A stretch of DNA of 64,000 nt from Kofleriaceae bacterium (GTDB lineage: Bacteria > Myxococcota_A > Polyangia > Haliangiales > Haliangiaceae), in the NCBI GenBank assembly GCA_020633495.1, contig JACKDR010000001.1, positions 246,105-310,104 on the forward strand, written 5' to 3'. Under the pieces are notes generated by a model. It did no database searches. It worked only from the letters and a program-made list of their open reading frames with translations, and was not told the DNA's origin. Shown here piece by piece: positions 38,840 to 47,366 of the stretch; position 1 is the first letter of the stretch; every line of letters begins with the position of its first letter. The translations under genes were made by a program, and so were the position numbers.

Positions 38840-39685
38840 CTACTCGCCGGGCCGCGCGAACAGCGGCGCGATCGTCGGGTTGGTCGCGGACAGGATCTCG
38901 TCGCCGCGGTGCTTCACCGCGCCCATGAAGTGCGGGTGGGTCAGCACCCAGAACCGGTCGTGCGTGATCGCGTCGACGATCTGCGCCGCGACCTCGCTGG
39001 CCGGCAGGCCGTCGGCGATCAGCCTGGCCATGGCGTCGGCCATCTCGCTGGTCTGCTGGGTCTCGGCCAGGGCGGCGGGGCGGTTGCGGCCCGACCGGTT
39101 GATCTGGGTCGCGACCCAGCCCGGGCACACGACCGTGGCCTTGAGCGCCGGCACGAACAGCGCCAGGTCGTGGTGCAGGGTCTCGGTCAGGGTCACGACG
39201 CCGTGCTTGGTGACGTTGTACGCGCCCATCAGCGGGTTGCTGGTCAGCCCCGCCATCGACGCGATGTTGACGACGTGGCCGGGCTCGCCGCCGGCGATCA
39301 TCCGGGGCACGAACGTGCGGACGCCGTGGATCACGCCCCACAGGTTGACGCCCAGGATCCACTCCCAGTCCTGCAGCGTGTGCTCCCAGACCCGCCCCGA
39401 CAGCGCGACGCCGGCGTTGTTGACGATCACGTGGACCGCGCCGAACGCCTCGTACGCGCGCTCGGCCAGCGCCGCGACCTCGTCGGCCGACGCGACGTCG
39501 GTGCGCACCGCGATCGCCTCGCCGCCGGCGGCGGTCAGCGCGGCGACGGTGTCGTCGAGCGCCGCGACGTCGACGTCGGCGGCGACGACGCGCATGCCCT
39601 CGGCGACGAAGCGCTCGGCGAGGGCGCGGCCGATGCCGCTGGCGGCGCCGGTGACGACGGCGGTGCGGGTGCGGAGGTCTTGCAT
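38840..39685 (-). CDS. Short-chain dehydrogenase/reductase (SDR) family oxidoreductase
   Basis: TGAASGIGRA (NAD(P)-binding), NNAG, and catalytic YNVTK (YxxxK). Confidence 0.85.
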   Translation of the reverse strand: MQDLRTRTAVVTGAASGIGRALAERFVAEGMRVVAADVDVAALDDTVAALTAAGGEAIAVRTDVASADEVAALAERAYEAFGAVHVIVNNAGVALSGRVWEHTLQDWEWILGVNLWGVIHGVRTFVPRMIAGGEPGHVVNIASMAGLTSNPLMGAYNVTKHGVVTLTETLHHDLALFVPALKATVVCPGWVATQINRSGRNRPAALAETQQTSEMADAMARLIADGLPASEVAAQIVDAITHDRFWVLTHPHFMGAVKHRGDEILSATNPTIAPLFARPGE

Positions 39686-39716
39686 CCCGTGATCTAACCC
39701 GGTCGCGGGCCGGCGA

Positions 39717-41624
39717 TCACGGCGGCAGGACGACGATCGTGCCGTCGGCCTCGCCGGCCGCGATCCGGACCCACAGGACGTGGGTCGCGGGGTCGAACGC
39801 CCAGCCGTCGCCGGCGCCGCCCAGCGCGGCGTCGACGCTGGCGGCGGCCGTGACCGTGGCGCCGTCGTGGAGCACGGTGCCGGGCGCGGCGTCGGCGTGC
39901 AGCCGCAGCACGACCGCGTGATCGGCGAGGCTGGTCAGGCGCACGTACAGATCGGCGCCGATCGTCTCGACCTCGACGGTCCCGGTGACGCCGCGATCGC
40001 GGTGCACCGTGAACGACGACGTCGTCGGCGTCGGCCAGATCGCCAGGGTCAGCGCGTCGGACGACGCCGCGGTGCCGAGCGGGGTCGCGGCGTTGTGGAC
40101 CTCGGCCGGGATGATCGCGCCTTGCCGCACGTACAGCGGCACCTGCGCGCGATCCGGCATCGCCACCGCGGTCAGCGTGGTCGGCCCGACGATCGCGGGC
40201 GCCGCCGGATCCCACCAGTCGAACCAGGTGCCGGCCGGCAGCGCGACGTCGCGCACGCCGGTGTCGTCGAGGACCGGCGCCACCAGCAGGGCGTCGCCGA
40301 GCATCCACCGGTAGTCGCCGGCCCAGTCGGCCGGCCCGGCCCCGATCGGCCGCATGATCGGCGCCGCGCCCGCGTAGGCCTCCTCGGCCAGCGAGTAGAA
40401 GAACGGCACCAGCTGGTCGTGCAGCGTCGCCCAGTAGCGGTACAGCGCGACGGTCTCGTCGACGTGGTCGGGCACGGTCCACGGCGCGATGTTGGCGCGG
40501 CCGTGCAGCTGCATGAACGGCGACAGCGCGCCGACCGCGGTCCACCGCGCGAACACCAGGGTGTCGAACGGCACCAGGATGTCGAAGTCGAGGTCGTCGC
40601 GGTCGAGGTAGCCGCCGACGTCGGAGCCGATCGCGACGTAGCCGGCGGCCGCCGACCGGAACAGGTGATCGAGCGCGTCGGCGAGGCCGACCCAGTCGCG
40701 GCGGTTGTCGCCGACCCAGGCCACCGGCGCGTCCTCGGGGCGGGCGTAGAACCGGCCCGGGAAGCCGTAGGACTCGTCCCACGGCCGCACCATCGTCACG
40801 AACTGGTCGCCGCGGCGGGCGACGCCGTAGGCGTGGAAGTCGGCGTAGTACGCCTCGGAGTAGGCCTGCAGCGTGACCTCGCCGGCGGCGGTGTCGAACG
40901 GCGGGTTCTGCAGGTACTGCTCGCCGAAGTCGAGCTTCCAGCCGTCGACGCCGAGGTCGAGCAGCGGATCCTGCTGGCGGTGCCACCACGCCACCGCCTC
41001 GGGGTTGAAGAAGTCGACGCCGGAGCCGGTGCCCTTCCACCACAGGTAGTCGGCGCCGTCGTCGACGTAGAAGCCGCAGTCGTGGCCCTCGCGGTAGTTG
41101 GCGGCCTCGCCGTCGTAGCGATCGCCGCCCGGCTCGAGATCGAGGCCGGAGGTGTTGACCATCTGGGTCACCCACAGGACCAGCTTGATGTCGGCGGCGT
41201 GGAGGTCGGCGACCAGCTGATCGAAGCCGGGATAGCGATCCGGGTTGGGGACGAAGGTGTTGTAGTGGGTCTCCCACGGCGAGTCGATCACCAGCGCGCC
41301 CACCGGGATGTCGCGGCTGGCGAAGCCGTCGATGAACGCGCGCGAGTCGGCGTCGTCGGAGATGTCCTTCGAGATCCACGGCCGGAACGCCCACTTCGGG
41401 GTGTAGCCGCCGGGGGCGTCGATCTCGTCGGCGGCGCTGCGGAAGTCGCACGCGCGGGCGTCGACGCCGGCGTCGGGCGCCAGGGCGTCGTCGCCGCAGG
41501 CGATCGCGGTGAGGCTGAGGGCGGCGGCGGCGGCGGCGGCGACGAGCGGGGATCTCACGGCGCGAGGGTACCCGGCCGGGATGGCGGCCCGCCAGGATTG
41601 CCGGGATCGACCGCCGGCGCGCAC
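39717..41624 (-). CDS. Glycoside hydrolase family 31 (alpha-glucosidase/alpha-xylosidase-like) lipoprotein
   Basis: Lipobox LSLTAIAC. GH31 blocks KLVLWVTQMVN, GVDGWKLDFGEQY (catalytic-nucleophile region), GSDVGGY. Start is GTG-type (41624, or alternative 41558). Confidence 0.8.
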   Translation of the reverse strand: MRAGGRSRQSWRAAIPAGYPRAVRSPLVAAAAAAALSLTAIACGDDALAPDAGVDARACDFRSAADEIDAPGGYTPKWAFRPWISKDISDDADSRAFIDGFASRDIPVGALVIDSPWETHYNTFVPNPDRYPGFDQLVADLHAADIKLVLWVTQMVNTSGLDLEPGGDRYDGEAANYREGHDCGFYVDDGADYLWWKGTGSGVDFFNPEAVAWWHRQQDPLLDLGVDGWKLDFGEQYLQNPPFDTAAGEVTLQAYSEAYYADFHAYGVARRGDQFVTMVRPWDESYGFPGRFYARPEDAPVAWVGDNRRDWVGLADALDHLFRSAAAGYVAIGSDVGGYLDRDDLDFDILVPFDTLVFARWTAVGALSPFMQLHGRANIAPWTVPDHVDETVALYRYWATLHDQLVPFFYSLAEEAYAGAAPIMRPIGAGPADWAGDYRWMLGDALLVAPVLDDTGVRDVALPAGTWFDWWDPAAPAIVGPTTLTAVAMPDRAQVPLYVRQGAIIPAEVHNAATPLGTAASSDALTLAIWPTPTTSSFTVHRDRGVTGTVEVETIGADLYVRLTSLADHAVVLRLHADAAPGTVLHDGATVTAAASVDAALGGAGDGWAFDPATHVLWVRIAAGEADGTIVVLPP

Positions 41625-41690
41625 CCGTTGCGCGCCACGGGGCCTCCGTCAAGCCAAAAGGCCGGCACGGCGCTCGCACTACCCCGCGGC

Positions 41691-42101
41691 ATGACGTCCC
41701 ACTTCCTCTCCGTGAGCGACCTCATGACCACCGCGGTGGTCAGCGTCCGCGCCACCGAGCCCCTGCGGGAGGCCCACGCCGACATGCAGATGGGTGCGTT
41801 CCGCCACATGCCGGTGGTCGACGACCGGGGCCGGCTGGTCGGCATCATCTCGGACCGCGACGTCCTGCGCGCGATCAGCCGCCACAAGGCGACCCTGGTC
41901 GGCGAGGTCATGACCCGCCAGCCGGTGACCGTGAAGCCGGACACCGTGGCCCACGCCGCGGCGCTGGTCATGCTCGAGCGCAAGATCGGCGGCCTGCCGG
42001 TGGTCGACGAGGACGGTCACCTGGTCGGGCTGATCACCCAGACCGACTTCCTCGAGGTCGCGCGCCGGGCCCTGCTCGGCCTGCCGCTCGCGCGCGAGTA
42101 G
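41691..42101 (+). CDS. CBS-domain pair protein
   Basis: ATG at 41691. Two CBS repeats (VSDLMTTAVVSVRATEPLREAHADM...HMPVVDDRGRLVGIISDRDVL; VGEVMTRQPVTVKPDTV...LPVVDEDGHLVGLITQTDFL). Confidence 0.8.
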   Translation: MTSHFLSVSDLMTTAVVSVRATEPLREAHADMQMGAFRHMPVVDDRGRLVGIISDRDVLRAISRHKATLVGEVMTRQPVTVKPDTVAHAAALVMLERKIGGLPVVDEDGHLVGLITQTDFLEVARRALLGLPLARE

Positions 42102-42130
42102 CCACCCCGGGCGCGGCGCGACCATCGACG

Positions 42131-44140
42131 TCACCGCGCCGGCGTCACGAAGACGTCGACGCGGCGGTTGCGATCGCGCCCGGCGGCGGTCGTGTTGGTG
42201 CCGACCGGCGCGTCGGCGCCGGACGACTCGACCGTGACGTGATCGCGCGGCACGCCGGCGCCGATCAGCCAGGCCGCGGTGGCGCGGGCGCGCCGCGCCG
42301 CGACCTCGACGTTGTCACGCGGGTCGCCGTCGGCGTCGGCGTGGCCGACGACCAGGATCCGGGCGCCGTCGCCGCGGGCCCGCTGCGCGAGCGGCGCCAG
42401 CTCGACCCGCGCCGCCTCCGACAGGGTCGCCGAGGCCCGCCCGAACGGCAGGCGCGCCACCAGCTCGCCGCGCGCCGCGGCGTCGCCGGGATCGTCGGCG
42501 GCCAGCGCGGCCAGGACCTCGGCCGGGGTGTCGCCGGGGACGAAGCCGCTGGCGGCGACCAGCTCCTGACCGGCCGGCGACAGCGCGAACCGCAGGAAGT
42601 CGGCGACGGCGCCGCGCGGCGCGCCGGCGCTGTAGATCAGGAGCGCGCGGTAGATCGGGTAACGGCCGTCGCGGACGGTCGCCGCCGAGGGGGCGATCGC
42701 CGCCGCGCCGGCGCCCGGCGAGATCGCGACGGCGCGGACGCCGGCGTCGACCCAGCCCAGCCCGACGTAGCCGATCGCGTCGGGGTCGGCGGCGACCGCG
42801 GCGACCAGCGCGTCGCTGTGCTCGATCTCGCGGGCGCCGGCGTCGATCGTCGCCGGGTCGTGGCCATCGCCGCGCCGCACCACCTTGTCGACGAAGAAGT
42901 CGTGGGTGCCGGAGTAGCCGGGCCGGCTCAGCAGGTGGACCGGGCGGTCGGGGCCGCCGAGCTCGGACCAGCGCGTGATCTCGCCGCGGAACAGCCGCGA
43001 CGCCTCGTCGATCGTCAGCGCCGCGATCGGGTTGTCGGGGTGGACGACGAGCGCGAGGCCGTCGTAGCCGAGCACGAGCTCGTCGAAGCGGACGCCGAGC
43101 CGCGCGGCGTCGTCGAGCTCGGCCGGCTTGACCGGGCGCGACGCCGCGCCGAGGTCGGCGGTGCCGTCGAGCAGGCCGACGAACGCGGTCGCCGAGCCCA
43201 GCGCCTCGACGGTGACCTCGACGTCGGGCCGGCGCGCCATGAACGCCTGCGCCAGCGCCGGGCCGAGGGCGCCGCCGATCGTGTCGCTGCCCTTGATGCG
43301 GACCCGCGCGGTCGCCGTGGTGCCGGCGAAGCTGACCGGCAGGTTGACCCACGCCGCCACCGGCGCGCCGCCCTGGCGCGCCGGCGCGAACCGCCACCCC
43401 CGCACCGCGTCCACCGCCGCCGCCTCGAACGCGGCCAGCTCGAGCCGCGACCGGTAGACGCTGACCTCGCGGACCCGCCCGTCGCGATCGACGAGCGCAC
43501 GGCACACGATCGTCGGCGTCAGCGCCAGGTCGCTGACCGGCCGCGCCGGCGCCGCGCCGTCGAGCCGCGCCGGCGGCTGGTCGTCGGGGCCGGTGAGGTC
43601 GGCGGCCTCGACCGCCGGCCCGTCGACGACCGCCGCGCCGCCGCGATCGGCCGGCGCCGCGACCACCGCCGCCGGCGTCACCGCGCGGCCGCCGCCGCGC
43701 TGCAGCCACAGCACCAGCGTCGACGCCACCGCCGCCGCGGTCACCGCCGCCAGCAGCGCCACCGCGGCGACCCGGCGCCGCGACGGCAGGCCCAGCTGTG
43801 GCGCCGACGGCCGCGCCGCGACGTGCGGCAGCGAGCCCTCGTCGAGGCGCTGCGCCGCCTCGAGCAGCAGGTGCGGCACGCTCGCGTCGACGGTGCGGCG
43901 CGGCGGCGCGACGCCGGGATCGACGGTGTAGGCCAGCCCGCGCGCGCCGAGCGCGGCGTGGGCGGCGTCGCGCCCGATCAGCGGGCCGAGCTCGGCGTGG
44001 ACCAGCTCGCCGTCGACCAGGTACAGCGCGCCGGTCACGGTGCCGGCGCGCATGCGCACCCGCAGCGAGCGCCGGCCGGCCGCCGAGACCTGCAACAGGT
44101 CGGCGAGGGGAAGCACGTCAGCGTCACCGGAAAGGGACAT
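42131..44140 (-). CDS. Multidomain envelope protein: DUF4388-like N-domain + TM + TonB C-terminal-like + PstS-like phosphate-binding periplasmic domain + OmpA-like peptidoglycan-binding domain
   Basis: ATG at 44140 (MSLSGDADVLPLADLLQVSAAGRRSLRV...YLVDGELVHAELG). TM AVALLAAVTAAAVASTLVLWL. TonB_C-like RALVDRDGRVREVSVYRS...AAVDAVRGWRFAP. PBP block IKGSDTIGGAL...LSRPGYSGTHDFF. OmpA-like ILVVGHADADGDPRDNVEVAARRARATAAWLIGAGV...RNRRVDVFV. Confidence 0.65.
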   Translation of the reverse strand: MSLSGDADVLPLADLLQVSAAGRRSLRVRMRAGTVTGALYLVDGELVHAELGPLIGRDAAHAALGARGLAYTVDPGVAPPRRTVDASVPHLLLEAAQRLDEGSLPHVAARPSAPQLGLPSRRRVAAVALLAAVTAAAVASTLVLWLQRGGGRAVTPAAVVAAPADRGGAAVVDGPAVEAADLTGPDDQPPARLDGAAPARPVSDLALTPTIVCRALVDRDGRVREVSVYRSRLELAAFEAAAVDAVRGWRFAPARQGGAPVAAWVNLPVSFAGTTATARVRIKGSDTIGGALGPALAQAFMARRPDVEVTVEALGSATAFVGLLDGTADLGAASRPVKPAELDDAARLGVRFDELVLGYDGLALVVHPDNPIAALTIDEASRLFRGEITRWSELGGPDRPVHLLSRPGYSGTHDFFVDKVVRRGDGHDPATIDAGAREIEHSDALVAAVAADPDAIGYVGLGWVDAGVRAVAISPGAGAAAIAPSAATVRDGRYPIYRALLIYSAGAPRGAVADFLRFALSPAGQELVAASGFVPGDTPAEVLAALAADDPGDAAARGELVARLPFGRASATLSEAARVELAPLAQRARGDGARILVVGHADADGDPRDNVEVAARRARATAAWLIGAGVPRDHVTVESSGADAPVGTNTTAAGRDRNRRVDVFVTPAR

Positions 44141-44335
44141 GGGACCTCTCGGAGGCCGCGAGCACCGCGCTCGCCAGGGGCTCCGACCGCGCAGCCTGCC
44201 AGGCGCGCGTGACCGTCCCGCGCCAGGGCGGTGACGACCGACGGGTCGAGGCCGCGACCGCGGTTCGCCGCGGTTCGATCGACGTTCTGCACGTAGGGGT
44301 TCCCACGCGCGCCGACTCGCGTGTCTGCTCTGGTG

Positions 44336-45358
44336 ATGCCGCCCACCTGCTCCTGGCCCGGACTCCCCGCGGCGGTGGCCGCGACCGCCGCCGTGGCGTC
44401 CGCCGCGTGCGTGGTCGAGATGGACACCGAGCGCCCGGCGAGCCCGATCGGCGCGGTCACGACCGACTGTGTCGTGCCCCTGCCCGATCGCGGCGCCCCG
44501 GCCGCGCTCGAGTACCCCGACGGGACCCTGTGGATCTTCGACGATGGCGGCGCCGCGTTCGTGGCGTCGATCGACGACGCCTGCGCCGGCGTCGTCGCCG
44601 CGTGGCCCGACCCGGTGCTGGCGCTGACCGCGGAGGAGGAGGCGGACGACCAGACCCGCACCGACGGCCGCGCCTGGGCGCTGCGGCCGCGGGGCGGCGT
44701 GGTCGCCGCGGGCGTCGGCTACCTCTACTACGATCGGGTGCTGACCGGCCCCGGCGTCTTCGACGTCGAGGTCATCGACACCGGCGTGTGCACGATCGCG
44801 GATCGTCCCGGACCGTGCGCGCGCGCGCCGGCGCCGCTGTGGCCGGGCGGCGCCCGGTCGTGGGGCGACGCCGGCTTCGTCGAGGACGGCGTCGCGTACG
44901 TCTACGGCTGCGATCACCTGGCCGCGTTCACCGATCTGTGCGCGCTGGCGCGGGTGCCGGTCGCCGACGTCACCGACGCCGCCGCCTACGCGTACCTCGG
45001 CTGGGACGACGCCTGGCGGCCGCGCGGCGACGACACCGTGACCCTGTTCGAGGCGCCCGGCGCGATCAGCGCCAGCCGCCACGCGCCGTCGGGGCGGGTG
45101 ATGGTCACCGTCGCCGATCTGTGGGACTCGCGGCTCGAGCTGCGGACCGCGGCCGGCCCGGCCGGCGGCTTCGACGATCCGCTGGTGCTGTTCGACGTCG
45201 CGTCGCCGCCGGACTGGTTCTTCGCCGGCGGTCGCGAGCACGCCGGGCTGCGCGAGCCGGGCGCGCTGGCGTTCAGCTACGCGACGACCGCGGCGCCGGC
45301 GCCGGGGCTGCACGTGGTCCGGTTCCAGGTCGCCGACGAGGGGCTGCAGCCGTGGTGA
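44336..45358 (+). CDS. Hypothetical lipoprotein
   Basis: ORF 44321..45358; MPPTCSWPGLPAAVAATAAVASAAC lipobox. Stop overlaps the GTG of the next gene (GTGA). Confidence 0.5.
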   Translation: MPPTCSWPGLPAAVAATAAVASAACVVEMDTERPASPIGAVTTDCVVPLPDRGAPAALEYPDGTLWIFDDGGAAFVASIDDACAGVVAAWPDPVLALTAEEEADDQTRTDGRAWALRPRGGVVAAGVGYLYYDRVLTGPGVFDVEVIDTGVCTIADRPGPCARAPAPLWPGGARSWGDAGFVEDGVAYVYGCDHLAAFTDLCALARVPVADVTDAAAYAYLGWDDAWRPRGDDTVTLFEAPGAISASRHAPSGRVMVTVADLWDSRLELRTAAGPAGGFDDPLVLFDVASPPDWFFAGGREHAGLREPGALAFSYATTAAPAPGLHVVRFQVADEGLQPW

Positions 45359-46218
45359 CGCCGCGCGCCGCGGTCGTCGCCGTCGCGGTCGTCGCCGTCG
45401 TCGGCGCCGGCGCCACGCCGGCGCGGGCCGGCGAGCTGACCTTCCTGGGGCCGGCCCGCGAGATCAGCCACTCCAGCTCGGCGTCGCGCGACACCGCGCT
45501 GCCCGCGCTGCAGCTCGGCCCGCACCGCGTGCTCACCGGCGGCGCCGAGGCCGCGCTGGCCGCGCTGCCCGCCGGCGGCGTGACCTGGCGGCTCGGCTTC
45601 TTCGGCATGCTCGAGCTCGAGAGCGAGGGCGAGACCACGGCGTGGGCGCCGTTCCCGCAGGCCGACATCCGGTTCTGGCGCGGCCACTACGGCTACGCGG
45701 TCGCGGCGTCGCTCGATCGCCTGGCGGCGCGGTGGTGCGACGGCTGCGCGGTCGAGGCCACGCTGTCGGCGCGCCACGAGAGCGAGCACTACACCGGCGC
45801 CAACGACGGCGGCCCCGGCACCGACTACTCCGACCGGCCCCACGTCGGCAACTACCTCATGCTCGACGTCGCCGCGCGCCGCCCGCTGGGGGCCGTCGAG
45901 CTGACGGCGCGCGTGCAGTACCGGCAGTTCCTCCCCGGGCAGTCGGGCTGGGCCGAGGCGCCCGGCGCCGATCTGATCGCGCGGTGGCGACGGTGGCCGC
46001 GGCTGCACCCGTTCGGGTCCGCCTTCGGCGAGTACGCGTTCGGCACGCGCGGCTTCCCCGACGCCTACCGGGTCCGCGTCTTGATCGGCGTCATGCTGCC
46101 GTCGCCGCGCGGCGACCTGCAGCTGTACGTGTCGGGGGATGTGGGGCACCGCCAGGGCCTGGCGGTGTTCACCGAGGAGCGGGCCCTCGGCGGGGGCGTG
46201 CGACTCGCGTTCTGGTGA
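45355..46218 (+). CDS. Putative outer-membrane beta-barrel protein (C-terminal ...VRLAFW)
   Basis: GTG at 45355 overlaps the upstream stop. Signal VTPRAAVVAVAVVAVVGAGATPARAGE. Alternating amphipathic strands with aromatic girdle residues. Terminal aromatic residue (W) typical of BAM substrates. Confidence 0.5.
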   Translation: MTPRAAVVAVAVVAVVGAGATPARAGELTFLGPAREISHSSSASRDTALPALQLGPHRVLTGGAEAALAALPAGGVTWRLGFFGMLELESEGETTAWAPFPQADIRFWRGHYGYAVAASLDRLAARWCDGCAVEATLSARHESEHYTGANDGGPGTDYSDRPHVGNYLMLDVAARRPLGAVELTARVQYRQFLPGQSGWAEAPGADLIARWRRWPRLHPFGSAFGEYAFGTRGFPDAYRVRVLIGVMLPSPRGDLQLYVSGDVGHRQGLAVFTEERALGGGVRLAFW

Positions 46219-46271
46219 CCTGGCGGCCAGGGGGCGGGACCTGGTAGCGTCGCCAGCCGGAGGAACCCCAC

Positions 46272-46697
46272 GTGAAGCTCACCACTGCGTTTCTGTTCGC
46301 GTCGTCGATCACCCTGGCTGCCTGCGGCTCGAAGAGCTCCGGCGGCAGCACCATGGCCGCCGGCCCCACCTGTGACGGCGCCGCCGCCAACCTGTCGGCG
46401 GAGATGAACTCCCAGTCCGGCGGCGACATGGGCGCCGACGGGATCGCCAAGGTGTCGTCGCTGATCTCGCAGGCGTGCACCGAGGACGGCTGGTCGAGCG
46501 AGGCCGTCAAGTGCTTCGCCGAGTCCCAGGGCGAGGCCCTGCAGGGCTGCGAGAGCATGCTGACCCCGGAGGCCAAGGACTCGCTGGGCGAGCGCATGGC
46601 CAAGATGATGGGCAGCGAAGGCGGCATGGAGGGCGGCGACGACGGCATGGGCGAGGACGACGGCATGGGCGACGAGGGTGGCGGCGAGGACTACTAG
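46272..46697 (+). CDS. Small secreted 4-Cys lipoprotein, paralog family member C
   Basis: MKLTTAFLFASSITLAAC lipobox; shares GPTCDGAAANLSAE and QACTEDGWSSEAVKCFAE with members A and B. Acidic Gly/Met-rich tail. Its stop codon lies inside the left terminal inverted repeat of the adjacent repeat element. Confidence 0.55.
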   Translation: MKLTTAFLFASSITLAACGSKSSGGSTMAAGPTCDGAAANLSAEMNSQSGGDMGADGIAKVSSLISQACTEDGWSSEAVKCFAESQGEALQGCESMLTPEAKDSLGERMAKMMGSEGGMEGGDDGMGEDDGMGDEGGGEDY

Positions 46698-47330
46698 AGC
46701 GCATCTCACAACCGGGTCGCGCCGCACGCTTCGCTTGGAGCGCATCTCACAACCGGGTCGCGCCGCACGCTTCGCTCACGCCGAGCGGAGCCCGAGCGGC
46801 GAAGCCGCGAGGGCGCAGTCGAGGCGGCGGGCCGCGGCCGGAACCCCGTCGGCGACGGCGGAACGTCTCGGCGCCCGCCCCCTCGACTTCGGGGTCGCGG
46901 CTCCGCCGCTCCCCCTCCGCTCCTAACGAACCGCTGGGCCAAGCCGCTGATCTTGCGTGGCGCAGCGATCGGCTGACCGCCGGTTTGGGCCTGACCGCAC
47001 TCACCCCGAGCGGAGGGGGAGGTGCGCAGCACCGACCCCGGAGTCGAGGGGGCGGGCACCGGTGCGCCGCCGAGACCGCACCGATCCACGCCCTCTCGAC
47101 TACGCCCTCGCGGCTGCGCCGCTCGGGCTCCGCTCGAGGTGAGCGAACCATGTCGACCAGGCGACCTGACCCGGTTCGTCTTGCGGCAGATCTCCGACGG
47201 CCGTCGGTCGAGCGCTCGAGGTGAGCGAACCACGTCGACCCGGCGACCTGACCCGGTTCGTCTTGTGGCAAATCTCCGACGGCCGTCGGTCGAGCGCTCG
47301 GGGTGAGCGAGGTTGTGAGATGCGCTCTAG
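46694..47330. mobile_element. MITE-like non-coding palindromic repeat element with 20-bp perfect terminal inverted repeats (CTAGAGCGCATCTCACAACC ... GGTTGTGAGATGCGCTCTAG)
   Basis: Left TIR 46694..46713, right TIR 47311..47330. The interior is a long imperfect inverted repeat; for example, ccgagcggagcccgagcggcgaagccgcgagggcg on the left pairs with the reverse complement of ccctcgcggctgcgccgctcgggctccgctcga on the right. A 39-bp direct repeat occurs twice on the left (46697..46735, 46738..46776). An ~82-bp direct repeat occurs twice on the right (~47140..47305). GC is lower than in flanking DNA and there is no coherent coding frame. Confidence 0.5.
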
Positions 47331-47366
47331 CGTCGCGTGACGCCGCGGCGGCGCCCGCCGCCGCGG

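Noticed and set aside
42239-44212. 657-aa plus-strand ORF and the 464-aa ORF 42315..43709 (-)
   Set aside because: Overlap the multidomain envelope protein gene in alternative frames. Arg-rich junk.
46678-47306. Small ORFs inside the repeat element (46678..46926, 46957..47142, 47022..47306; 46706..47233 and 46747..47493 on the minus strand)
   Set aside because: They lie within perfectly repeated or palindromic DNA, have Arg/Ser/Pro-rich low-complexity translations and no start context. Most likely non-coding.
46694-47330. Possible CRISPR array (multiple direct repeats)
   Set aside because: Repeats are of two different lengths (39 bp x2, ~82 bp x2), not regularly spaced with unique spacers. 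The whole region is one large inverted repeat bounded by TIRs. No cas genes nearby. Interpreted as a MITE-like palindromic element instead.
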